This document shows, one piece after another, positions 43,796 through 53,888 of a stretch of DNA of 64,000 nucleotides. The stretch spans positions 224,001-288,000 of the forward strand of contig CAWBMV010000037.1 in assembly GCA_963789955.1 (NCBI GenBank), read 5' to 3'. This DNA comes from an uncultured Candidatus Rokubacteria bacterium. Lineage in GTDB: Bacteria > Methylomirabilota > Methylomirabilia > Rokubacteriales > CSP1-6. The position numbers were made by a program, and so were the translations under genes. A model generated the notes under the pieces. The model ran no database searches, had not been told where the DNA came from, and was given only the letters and a program-made list of their open reading frames with translations. Every line of letters begins with the position of its first letter. Position 1 is the first letter of the stretch.

Positions 43796-44460
43796 GGTTC
43801 GCCGTGCCGGTGATCGTGATGATGTTGACGGCCGTCGCGTGGGCCGCTGACGTCGTCGTGATCGAGGACTGGAAGGTCCAGAAGCTGGGAGCGAAGGGCA
43901 TTCCGGACGGCTGGCTCGGGGGACAGACGTGGGGGCTCCCTCAACACGACATGACCATTGAAGAGCAGGACGGTCAGCGCGTCCTGCACCTCAAGAGCAA
44001 GATCGAAAGCTCGACGATCCGGAAGGACATCAAGGGCAAGGTCAACCTCAAGGAAACACCGATCCTCGAGTGGACGTGGAAGGGCGTCGTCCTGCCGACG
44101 AACGCGGACTGCCGGAAGAAGAGCGCGGACGACCAGGCGGCGCAGCTCTACGTCGTGTGGCCGCGCTTCCCCGAGGCGGTGCGCTCACAGATCATCGGCT
44201 ACATCTGGGACACGACCGCGCCGGTCGGCACCATCGTGAAAAGTGAAAAGACGGGGACCGTCACCTACGTCGTCGTGCGGTCGGGCCCGGCCGATCTCGG
44301 CAAGTGGCTGACCGAGCGGCGCAACGTGGCCGAGGACTACCGGAAGATCTACGGGACTGCGCCGGACAATCCCGGCATCATCTCGCTGGCCATCGACTCG
44401 GACGACACGTCGTCGTCCGCGGAGTCCTTCTTCGGCTCGATCCTCTTCAAGAAGCCGTAG
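43789..44460 (+). CDS. Exported DUF3047-like protein
   Basis: Signal peptide; TPILEWTWK, DDQAAQLYV, IGYIW, GKWLTERRNV and DSDDT. Confidence 0.8.
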   Translation: MTRFAVPVIVMMLTAVAWAADVVVIEDWKVQKLGAKGIPDGWLGGQTWGLPQHDMTIEEQDGQRVLHLKSKIESSTIRKDIKGKVNLKETPILEWTWKGVVLPTNADCRKKSADDQAAQLYVVWPRFPEAVRSQIIGYIWDTTAPVGTIVKSEKTGTVTYVVVRSGPADLGKWLTERRNVAEDYRKIYGTAPDNPGIISLAIDSDDTSSSAESFFGSILFKKP

Positions 44461-44481
44461 CAGCGCGGCGACAATGTCGAT

Positions 44482-45360
44482 CTAGCGGAGATCGCCGACG
44501 AGCTGAGGCATCGCCGCCGCGAGCTCTGAGGCGGTGGCGTCGGCCGCGGCGTTGATCGCAGCCAGCAGCGCGCTGTTCATCACGCTCATGTACCACCGGC
44601 CGGCTTCGGATTCGACGAACTGCACGTACTGGTCGAGCTCATCGTCCGAAAGACCGCGATAGGCGAGGAGCATGCTCACCATGCACACGCGCCGCATGTC
44701 CTCGAGCGTCCGGTTCCGCGCCTGCGCGATCTGCTTGTCGAGCTGATCCCGGGTCAGGCCGGCCACCGCCGGCAGGCCGGGCTGGAAGGCCACGGTCAGG
44801 CTCCGCACGATCGCGACCGTGACGTCGACCGTCGTCTCCGATGCACCGCCGACCGCATCCAGCCGCTCGATCAGCTCGAGACGCCGCGCCGACGGGGGAT
44901 TCTGCTCGAGGTCGGCGACCGCCTCCGGGCCGCCGGCGGCGATGAGCGCAGCCAGCTCCTGCCCGGTGATTCGCTTGCCGAGCGGTGATTCGTACCAGGC
45001 GAGCGTCTGCTGCAGACGTCCGGGTTCGAGGTCGCGCTGGAATTCGGTCTTGATCCTCGCGTAGAGCGTGCCGGGCGCGAAACGCTCGGCCACGATCCGA
45101 TCGATCGTCAGACGGTCCTGGTTGCTCTGTCTTCGGTGGGCACGCAGGAACTGCGCGCGGATGCCGGCCGTCAGGCCATCGAGCTGAACGCTCAGTCCCG
45201 AGCTCTGCAGGAGATCGTCGAGTACTCGGGTCTCGGCCTGATGGTCCGGCGGCGCGACGACTCGGCCGCCTCGATCGCGCTCCACCGTGGCCGCCGCCGC
45301 GATTCCGCTCGATACGAGCATCGCTCCGACTACCATCGCGATCGCCGAGCCACGAGCCAT
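44482..45360 (-). CDS. Exported helical hypothetical protein (DUF2059-like motifs)
   Basis: Signal peptide; WYESPLGKRI and LSDDELDQYVQFVESEAGR. Confidence 0.7.
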   Translation of the reverse strand: MARGSAIAMVVGAMLVSSGIAAAATVERDRGGRVVAPPDHQAETRVLDDLLQSSGLSVQLDGLTAGIRAQFLRAHRRQSNQDRLTIDRIVAERFAPGTLYARIKTEFQRDLEPGRLQQTLAWYESPLGKRITGQELAALIAAGGPEAVADLEQNPPSARRLELIERLDAVGGASETTVDVTVAIVRSLTVAFQPGLPAVAGLTRDQLDKQIAQARNRTLEDMRRVCMVSMLLAYRGLSDDELDQYVQFVESEAGRWYMSVMNSALLAAINAAADATASELAAAMPQLVGDLR

Positions 45361-45405
45361 CTCAGTTTCCCCCTGGCGCGCCGAGCGCGCTCGCCAGAGG
45401 GAAAT

Positions 45406-45422
45406 TGCATAAGCGGTGCCTG
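45406..45422 (-). promoter_or_regulatory. Putative sigma54 (-24/-12) promoter
   Basis: Minus strand caGGCACcgcttATGCa has GG-N10-GC spacing, ~45 bp upstream of the 45360 ATG. Confidence 0.5.
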
Positions 45423-45518
45423 AAAATCAGGCCGCTACATCACACAGTTACGGCGGTAGGCGGTAAGACCTACCGGTCAAGAACGGCTCGGTGCGAGGGA
45501 TTTGCTCACCCCGAAGCT

Positions 45519-47137
45519 CTAGATCGCCAGCGCGTACCCGTCGCGACGAGGGTCCGCGCCGGCCATGAGCGCCCCGGATTCCGGGTCGCGGACGATACCC
45601 TGCCCCCCGCCGACGATCCATGACCAGTCGTCGATCGTATTGACCTCGTGCCCGCGCTGGACGAGCCCGGCGCGAGTCTCGGCCGAGATCCGCGACTCGG
45701 CGTCGATCAGCCGATCGCGATAGACGCGTACGCGCGGCGCCTCGATCGCCTCCTGGATGTTCATGCCGAACTCGAGCACGTTGAGCAGCATCTGGGGGGT
45801 GGTCTGGAGAATCCCGTACGAGCCGGGCGTGCCGACCGAGACATGGAAGACGCCGTCGCGGAAGACCTGGGTGGGCGACATCATGGTGCCCGCCTTCCGC
45901 CCGGGGCGGACGACGTTCGGAGACGCGGGGTCGCGGTCCATCCATTTGAGGATGTTGTTGAGCACGATCCCGGTGCCGGGCACGGCGAAGCCCGAGCCGA
46001 ACGGCACCCCGAGGGTCTGCGTCACGGACACCACGGTGCCCGAGCCATCCGCGCACGCGAAATGCGTGGTGTGCTCGTTCATGAAGCTCGCGGGATGGCC
46101 TTCCGCGATCTGGCCGTCGAGCTTCTGTGGATTGTGGCGCTCGCCCTCGCTGACCGCCGCGCGCTTGCCGTCGATGCGAGCGCGCTGGGACGCCGCGTAC
46201 TTCTTGGACAGGAGTCCGGCGATCGGCACGCCGTCGGTGTAGGCATAGGCCAGCCGGTCCGCGGAGCCGAGCTTCACTGCCTCGATCAGATGATGGAGGT
46301 AGTCGACCGAGTTGTGCCGGAAGCCCTTGAGGTCGTAGCCCTCGAGGATGTTGAGTGTCTCGAGCATCTGGAACGCCGAGAACGGCGGCGGCATCGAGAA
46401 CACCTGGCGGTCGCGATACGTGATCGTCGCGGGCTCGCGCCATTCTGGAGCGAACGCGGCCAGGTCACTGTCGCTCCAGCCACCCGCCGGCCTCCCGTAC
46501 CGCCCGAGCGATCGCGCGCGCGATGGACCCGCGGTAGAACACCTCGGCGCCGCCCTCCGCCACCTGACGGAAGGTCGACCCGAGCTCCTTGTAGGTCACG
46601 ATCCCACCCGGGCGCGGGCCCGCGTTGCCGAGATAGAGGCGCTGCGCCTCCGGAGAGCGGGCGAGTGTTTGGCGCGCTCCCTCGATGAATTCCACGCTCT
46701 TGAACGTGAGGGGGACGCCGTTCTCGGCGAGCGAGATCGCCGGCGCCAGCACGCGCGCGCGGTCCATCGAACCGAAACGCTCGAGCGCGGCGAGCCAGCC
46801 ACCCAGATTCCCGGGCGTGGCGCACGACTTCGGTCCTCCCGACCAGCTCGTCGTCCGTACAGGCGGCCGCGCTCGCGGCCGCCGGCGAGCGGCCGATGAA
46901 GTCGAGCACGTGGCGCTCGCGGCCGCGCGAGATGAGCATGAGCCCGATGCCGCCGGCGCTCGACATGAACGGCTCGACCACGTTCAGGGTCGAGCCCACG
47001 GCGACCGCGGCATCGACGGCGTTGCCGCCGGCCAGCAGCATCTGGATGCCCGCCATCGAGGCGAGCGGATGAGCCGACGTGACGACACCGCGAGCTCCCA
47101 TGACGCTCGGGCGGAACGCGTTCCGATGTGGTGGCAT
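45519..47137 (-). CDS. ggt: Gamma-glutamyltransferase family protein, frameshifts near 46840 and 46470
   Basis: [24 protein letters not shown] nucleophile, FGSG and GADPRRDG motifs. Confidence 0.9.
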
Positions 47138-47159
47138 GTGATCTCCCCCTTGGCGAGCT

Positions 47160-47774
47160 TTATAACACCGGGCGTTCGTTGAGATGGATGAGACGCCAGG
47201 TCGCGTCGATCCGCTCGAGCACCGTGAGGGCGCCGTAGTCCTGCCCCATCGAGAGCAAGCGCCCGGGCGGTAGCCCGAGCGCCCGGCAGAGCAGGGCGCG
47301 ATTCGTGCCGCCGTGCGCGACGATCGCGATCGCTTCGCCGGGGTGAGCGCCGGCGAGCGATTCGAACGCGGGCCACGCGCGCGCCTCGAGGTCCGGCACG
47401 CTCTCCCCTTCGGGAAACGGGAACTTGCCGACGTTCGCCATCCACTCGGCGAACTTCTCGGGCTCGGCCCGCTGGATCTCCGCGGCGGTCAAACCCTCCC
47501 AGCGGCCCATCGCCATCTCGCGCAGCGCCGGAACGATCGCCGGGCTGAGCGCGTGCGGCGCGCCGATGATCTCGCCGGTTCGGCGAGCGCGCGTCAGATC
47601 GCTCGAGTACAGGGCGGCCAGCTTCACCGTCGCGAGACGCCCGGCCTGCGCGGCGCTCTGACGCTCGCCGGTCGGCGAGAGCGGCACGTCGAGATGGCCG
47701 ATGAATCGCCGCGTCTCGGCGAGCACCACTTCGCCGTGGCGGAGCAGATAGATCAGCGTGCCAGATGCGACCAC
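47160..47774 (-). CDS. cobC: Histidine phosphatase, probable alpha-ribazole phosphatase
   Basis: [19 protein letters not shown] and VAHGG motifs; overlaps the cobS end. Confidence 0.8.
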   Translation of the reverse strand: MVASGTLIYLLRHGEVVLAETRRFIGHLDVPLSPTGERQSAAQAGRLATVKLAALYSSDLTRARRTGEIIGAPHALSPAIVPALREMAMGRWEGLTAAEIQRAEPEKFAEWMANVGKFPFPEGESVPDLEARAWPAFESLAGAHPGEAIAIVAHGGTNRALLCRALGLPPGRLLSMGQDYGALTVLERIDATWRLIHLNERPVL

Positions 47775-48498
47775 GCCGACACGGTGAGCAGGGCCGCCAG
47801 CTCCGCGATCTCGATCGCGGCGCCCAGCACGTCCCCGGTGATCCCGGAGACTCGCCCGGCGAAGAACCGCGTGAGAACCAGCGCGCTCACGAAGGAGACG
47901 ACCACGACGACGATGCCGAGGCCGCGCAGCGCGACGATCGCGACGACCAGCGCGATCGAGAGCGCGATGGGCGCGGCCAGTGCGCCGACCCCCGCGCCGA
48001 ACGCCGCGCCGAGCCCTTCCGGTTTCGCAGGCGGAGAACAGGCGCGCCAGCAGGGGCGGCGTGGCGCGCGCGACGGTCGGCGCGACCAGGAGCGCGCGCA
48101 CGCGCACGCTCGGGGGCATCTCGGTGACGGCCGCGATCTCCAGCAGCAGAAGAAGGATGAGGCCGAGCGCGCCGAACGCGCCGATCCGGCTGTCGTGCAT
48201 GATCGCCAGCCGGTGCTCGGCGTCGCGCCCGCCGAGACCGTCGAGGCAATCGGCGAGCCCGTCGAGGTGAAGGCCGCCGGTGAGCAGCTTCCACACGGTT
48301 ACGGTAATCAACCCGGCCAGGAGTAAGGGGAAAATCACCTGAGTCACACGGTCGGTGGCCGCGAGCAGTCACGCCGATCCCGAGGCCGATTACTGGAAAC
48401 CAGGGGGCGGAGCGGCCGAGCGCGTCGGCGCTCAACCGTACTCGACCGGGCAGCGGCACGATCGTCAGGTACCGCGCGGCGACGACGAGGCCCGTCAC
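47753..48498 (-). CDS. cobS: Adenosylcobinamide-GDP ribazoletransferase, two frameshifts
   Basis: YLTIVP, WFPVIG, LTGGLHLDGLADCLDG, IMHDSRIGAFG and GITGDVLGA motifs. Confidence 0.9.
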
Positions 48499-48593
48499 GG
48501 CGCGAATGCTAGCACGTTCTGCTTGACGGCCCCGGCAGAGCGAGGAGACAATTTCTCAGAAGCGACCCACCTCCGAGCGCAAGAAAGGCCGTC

Positions 48594-50336
48594 ATGAGCG
48601 TGACCAGCGTGGCCCAGAAGTGGGTATCCGAGGCCGCCGGCCTGACGCAACCGTCGCGCGTGGTCTGGTGTGACGGGTCCAAGGCCGAGTACGACTCCCT
48701 GATCGAGGCCATGCTGCAGGACGGCACGCTCCTGCCGTTGAACCCGAAGACGTATCCGAACTGCTACCTGCACCGCAGCCACCCCTCGGACGTCGCGCGC
48801 ACGGAGCAGCTCACGTTCATCTGCTCGCGCGAGAAGGATTCCGCCGGTCCCACCAACAACTGGATCTCGCCGATCGAGGCGAAGTCGACCGCCGGGGCCT
48901 TGTTCCGGGGCAGCATGCGCGGCCGGACGATGTGGGTCATTCCGTATCTCATGGGCCCGGCCGGCTCGCCGATGAGCCGAACCGGCCTGATGGTCACCGA
49001 TAGCGCCTACGTCGTGGCGAGCATGCACCTGATGACTCGCGTGGGGCAGGTCGCGATCCAGCACATGCGGCGCGACGACGACTTCATCGCCGGGCTCCAC
49101 TCGATGGGTGACCTCTCGCCCGAGCGACGCCTGATCCTGCACTTCCCTGAAGAAAAGCTCATCTGGAGCGTGGGATCCGGCTACGGCGGCAACGCGCTGC
49201 TCGGCAAGAAATGCCACGCGCTGCGGATCGCGTCCTGGCAGGCCCGCCAGGAGGGCTGGCTCGCGGAGCACATGCTGATCATCGGCGTCGAAGATCCCGA
49301 GGGTCGGATCACGTATCTGGCGGCCGCGATGCCGAGCGCCTCGGGTAAGACGAATCTCGCGATGGCGGTCTCGCAGCTTCCGGGCTGGCGCGTGTGGACG
49401 GTCGGCGACGACATCGCGTGGATGTGGGTCGACGCGAACGGCCAGCTGCGCGCCGTCAACCCCGAGCGCGGCTTCTTCGGCGTCGCGCCCAACACGAGCC
49501 CCAAGACGAACCCGAACGCGACCGCGATGGTCCGCTCGAACACGATCTTCACCAACGTCGCGCTGACGCCGTCGCAGGAGCCGTGGTGGGAAGGGCTCAC
49601 GCCGACGGCGCCGGCCGGGCTCACCGACTGGCAGGGACGGCCGTGGCAGCCGGGCGCCGGCGCGGCGGCTCACCCGAACTCGCGCTTCACGGTGCTCGCC
49701 GAGCAATGTCCGTCGATCGCGCCGAACTGGGAAGAGCCGCAGGGCGTGCCGATCTCCGGCGTCATCTTCGGCTCGCGCCGCACCGGCGTGATCCCGCTGG
49801 TGTTCGAGGCATTCGACTGGTCGCACGGCGTGTTCCTGGGCTCGGCCATGAGCACCGAGACGACCGCCGCGATCACCGGCAAGGTCGGCGTCGTACGCCG
49901 CGATCCGATGGCGATGATCCCGTTCTGCGGCTACAACATGGGCGACTACTTCGCCCACTGGCTCGCGACCGGGCCGCGCCTCACCAACCCGCCGCGCATC
50001 TTCCGGGTGAACTGGTTCCGCCGCGACGCCGAGGGCCGCTTCCTGTGGCCGGGCTACGGCGAGAACGTGCGCGTGCTCAAGTGGATGGTCGAGCGAATCC
50101 GCGGCACGGGTCGGGCGGACGAGACGCCGATCGGCTGGGTTCCGGCGGCGGGCGCGCTCGACACCGGCGGGCTCGAGGTCGACCCCGCGCAGCTCCGTGA
50201 GGCGCTGAAGTGCGACGCCGGAGAGTGGCTGCAGGCCCTCGAGGAGCTCGACGAGTTCTACAAGCAGTTCGGCCCGCGGCTTCCGCAGCCGATCGCCGAC
50301 ACGCTCGCGACGACGCGCCGCCGCTTCGGCGCCTGA
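48594..50336 (+). CDS. pckG: Phosphoenolpyruvate carboxykinase (GTP)
   Basis: GSGYGGNALLGKKCHALR, PSASGKTNLAM, VGDDIAW and AAHPNSRF; upstream TTGACG-N18-GACAAT. Confidence 0.95.
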   Translation: MSVTSVAQKWVSEAAGLTQPSRVVWCDGSKAEYDSLIEAMLQDGTLLPLNPKTYPNCYLHRSHPSDVARTEQLTFICSREKDSAGPTNNWISPIEAKSTAGALFRGSMRGRTMWVIPYLMGPAGSPMSRTGLMVTDSAYVVASMHLMTRVGQVAIQHMRRDDDFIAGLHSMGDLSPERRLILHFPEEKLIWSVGSGYGGNALLGKKCHALRIASWQARQEGWLAEHMLIIGVEDPEGRITYLAAAMPSASGKTNLAMAVSQLPGWRVWTVGDDIAWMWVDANGQLRAVNPERGFFGVAPNTSPKTNPNATAMVRSNTIFTNVALTPSQEPWWEGLTPTAPAGLTDWQGRPWQPGAGAAAHPNSRFTVLAEQCPSIAPNWEEPQGVPISGVIFGSRRTGVIPLVFEAFDWSHGVFLGSAMSTETTAAITGKVGVVRRDPMAMIPFCGYNMGDYFAHWLATGPRLTNPPRIFRVNWFRRDAEGRFLWPGYGENVRVLKWMVERIRGTGRADETPIGWVPAAGALDTGGLEVDPAQLREALKCDAGEWLQALEELDEFYKQFGPRLPQPIADTLATTRRRFGA

Positions 50337-50354
50337 GCGCGACGTCCGCTCGGT

Positions 50355-53148
50355 CTACGACGCGCGCCGGTTGCCGCCGGCGACGAGCTGGATCACCCGC
50401 CGCACTTCGCCGCGATCGAAGGGCTTGCTCAGCCCCGGCACTCCGGTCTGCTCGAGGAACGTCTGGATCTCCGCGCTCAGGACGTCGCCGGTCATGAGCA
50501 CGAAGCGCCGGCAGAGGTCCGGAAGCCGGCGCTCGAGCGCGCGATAGAGCCCGGGACCGTCGAGGTACGGCATCCGCACGTCGCTGAGGATCAAATCGTA
50601 CGACGCCCGCCGGAGCTGCTCGAGCGCCTGTGTCCCATCCGCCACCGTGTCGACCGTGTGGTGATCGGCGCCGAGCATCTCGCCGAGCAGCTGGGTCACC
50701 AGGCGCTCGTCGTCGACGACGAGGATGCGCTTGCCCTTCACGACCGGCGGCGCGTCCGTCGCGCGCTTCCCGGAGGTCACCGGGGGCGCCACCACCGGGA
50801 GCTCCACCCGGAAGATCGCGCCGTGTCCCGCCTCGCTCACGAGCGACAGCGTGCCGCCGTGACCTTCGACGATCCCGTGGCAGAGCGAGAGACCGAGACC
50901 CGTCCCCTGCCCGACGGGCTTCGTCGTGAAGAACGGCTCGAAGATGCGGTCGCGGATCTCGGCGGAGATCCCGGGGCCGGTGTCCTCGACGTCGAGCGAG
51001 ACGCGGCCGCGCACCGCGTCGGCCCGCGTGCGCAGGGTCAGCCGGCGCGGCTCCGGCGCCTTGCGCAGCTCGTCGCGGGCATTGGTGATCAAGTTCACCA
51101 CGACCTGGTGGAGCTGATGCGGGTCGGCCCACAGCACCGGGAGACCGTCGGTCAGATCGAGCCCGACCTCGATGCGGTCGACGCGCAGGTGATACGCGAG
51201 CAGCTCGGCCGCGTCGCGCGCGATGTCGTTCAAGCGCACGAGCTGCCGCTCCGGCGGATGGCGCCGCGCGAGCGCCAGGAAGTTGCGCACGATCGAGGCG
51301 CAGCGATCGGCCGCGTGCGCGATGGCCTCCGCGCGCGTCGCCGACGGCGTACCCGCCAGCTCCTGACGGAGCAAGTTCGCGTAGCCGGTCACCGCGGTCA
51401 GCGGATTGTTCAGCTCGTGTGCGACCCCGGCGAGGACCGTGCCCATCGTCGCGAGCTTCTCGGTCTGGTACAGCGCCTCGCGCTGACGGCGAAGCTCGGC
51501 GTCGATTCGCTTGCGCTCGGTCATGTCGCGCACGATCGCCGAAAGGAACTCGATGGATCCGTCGGCGCCGCGATGGGCGACGGCGACCACCGACACCGGC
51601 ACCTCGCGCCCGTCGCGCGCCAGGAGCACCGCCTCGCCCGTCCAGAGACCGTCCCGGATCAGCGCCGGCCAGATCTCGTCGTGGACGACCGGACGCAGCC
51701 GTTCCGGCGCCAGGCCCGCGATCGGATGCCCGAGCGCGTCGTGCGGCCGCGAGGCCGAGCAGGGCTTGGCCCGCGGCGTTGAGGTATTGCAGGCGCCCTG
51801 ACAGATCGGCGATCGCCACCAGATCGGTCGTGGCTTCGAGGATCGCGGTGAGCCGCTCGCGCGCCTCGAGCTCGAGCCGCAGGCGGCGGTAGAGGCGCGC
51901 GTTCTCGACGGCGACGGCGGCGTGGTCGGCCAGCGCCAGCAGCAGCCGCTCCTCGATCGTCGTGAACTCGCGCGGCCGCGGGCTGCCGACGGCCAGCACG
52001 GCGACCAGCCCTTCGGGGCCGACGAACGACGCGGATAGCGTCTGGCCGGCCGGGCCGAAGACCGCGGTGAGATCCGGGCCGCCGGCCTGAGCCAGGAGGT
52101 GGCGCAGCGAGATCTTCCGCTCGTGCGCGAGCCGCTCGGCGAGGTTCGGCGTCACCTGGAACCGGAGCGGCTCGGCCGCGCGGTCCTCGATGCCTTCCCA
52201 CGCCACCGGCCACAGCACGCCGGTCTCGAAGAGCCACAGCACGCTCGCCTCCGCCTTGATCAGCTCGCGGGCCGCGTTCACGACCCGGCGCAGCACCTCG
52301 TCGAGGTCCTTGGTCGTGACGAGCGACTTCGCCAGATCGTTGAGGACGGTGAGACCGTCCTTCTCGTCGGCCAGCCGGCGGTGCGCGAGGACGTTCTCGA
52401 TCGTCGACGGCAGCTTGGCGAGATACCCCTCGCGCTTGATCAGGTAGTCCGCGACGCCGAGCTTGAACGCCTGGACCGCCGAGTCCTCGTCGCCTTCCCC
52501 GGCGACCATGACGACCGGGATGCGGATGCCGACGGCCTGCAGCTCCTTGAGCACCTCGATCCCCGAGAGATCCGGCATCCGGTTGTCGAGCAGCAGGACG
52601 TCGTAGTGAACGGTCTTCAGCTTGGCGAGCGCGTCCCGGGCGCGGGTGACCGTCTCGACGCGCGCGCGCCGGTCGTGCTCCTCGAAGGCGCGCAACGTCA
52701 ACGCCATGTCCTCCGGATGATGCTCGGCATAGAGCACACGGATCGGCGCGTGCCGGCGCTCGGTCGCGGTGCGAAACCAGCGGTACGCGCTCTCGAGCAC
52801 GACCGGCAAGGTGGCCAGATACTCCGGACGCTTCACCAGATAGTCGGCGGCTCCGGCCTTGAGCAGCCGGACCGTGGTGTCGGCGTCGCCCGCGGCGGTC
52901 ACGAGGACCACCGGCACTTCGAGCCCGCGCGACTTGACGGCGTCCAGCAGATCGAGACCGGTCCCGTCGGGGAGGCGATAGTCCGCGAGCATCACATCCA
53001 TGTCGCCGATCGTGACGCGCTCGACCGCCTCGGCCACCGTCTCCACGACGGTGAGCTTGATGTGGGGCGCGTGACGGACGAGGTGACGGTGGGTCGCCTC
53101 TTGATCGGCGGGATCGCCTTCGACGTAGAGCACGCGGATGGAGTCCAT
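50355..53148 (-). CDS. Cytoplasmic hybrid histidine kinase REC-REC-GAF-PAS-HisKA-HATPase-REC, frameshift near 51750
   Basis: Two N-terminal receivers ([16 protein letters not shown]), [23 protein letters not shown] and a C-terminal receiver. Confidence 0.9.
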
Positions 53149-53155
53149 GTCGTCT

Positions 53156-53773
53156 TCAGCCCTCTCGTCCCGTGAGGGAGTGGGAGACCGCGTTCACTGA
53201 GAGCAACCGCTTGATCTCGTGGCACACCTGGTCCAGGTCCAGTGGCTTGGTCACGCACGCGTCCGCCCCGGCGCCGAGCAGCACGGGCACCATGGACGGA
53301 TGTCCGGTCATACCGAGAATCCGCACCTCTCGCGTCTCCGGCAGTCGCCGGAGACACCGGCACGCCTCGATACCGTCGAGGCCGGCGAGCACGACGTCGA
53401 GAATGATCAGCGCCGGACGGAACGTCCCGACCTTGACGAGCGCCTCGTAGCCGTCGGTCGCCGTCTCGATCACGAACCCGTCGGCCAGCAAGTCGTGCAG
53501 CAGCTGGACCACGAGCGGCTCGTCGTCGACGAGCAGCACGCGAGGTCTCGCTCCCGAGGCGACCGGATAGGCCGGCCGGCCCTGAGCGCGCAAGAAGCGC
53601 TGGAACTCGTGCAGGTCGATGCGGCGGTGGCCGCCGGGCGTCAGATGAGCGCCGAGGTCCCCGGCCCTGATCCAGCGCCGGAGTGTGGGGATCGAGACGC
53701 GGCAGTGAGACGCCGCCTGCCGGGTCGTGAGGTATTCTCGACCCTCGGCGGACGGTCGTTTCACTTTTTGCAC
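53156..53773 (-). CDS. Excisionase-like HTH fused to a receiver domain
   Basis: YLTTRQAASHCRVSIPTLRRWIRAG...TPGGHRRI followed by VLLVDDEP...IILD...KP. Confidence 0.9.
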   Translation of the reverse strand: MQKVKRPSAEGREYLTTRQAASHCRVSIPTLRRWIRAGDLGAHLTPGGHRRIDLHEFQRFLRAQGRPAYPVASGARPRVLLVDDEPLVVQLLHDLLADGFVIETATDGYEALVKVGTFRPALIILDVVLAGLDGIEACRCLRRLPETREVRILGMTGHPSMVPVLLGAGADACVTKPLDLDQVCHEIKRLLSVNAVSHSLTGREG

Positions 53774-53888
53774 ATTTGATTCCTAGCACGGCGATTCGCC
53801 AAGTCCGCACGAAATAGTGCAATCCGGGCGGCGGGACGTTGCGGGACGGGGCGCGGGGAGCGGCGGAGGCGGCGGGAGCCGCCGCGTT

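Noticed and set aside
25761..48498. De novo cobalamin biosynthesis cluster
   Set aside because: No precorrin methyltransferases, chelatase or cbiA/cobB are present; only transport and late or salvage steps.
38466..53773. Excisionase-like HTH genes as markers of a prophage or integrative element
   Set aside because: Both are fused to receiver domains, and no integrase, att site, tRNA or phage gene is in the window.
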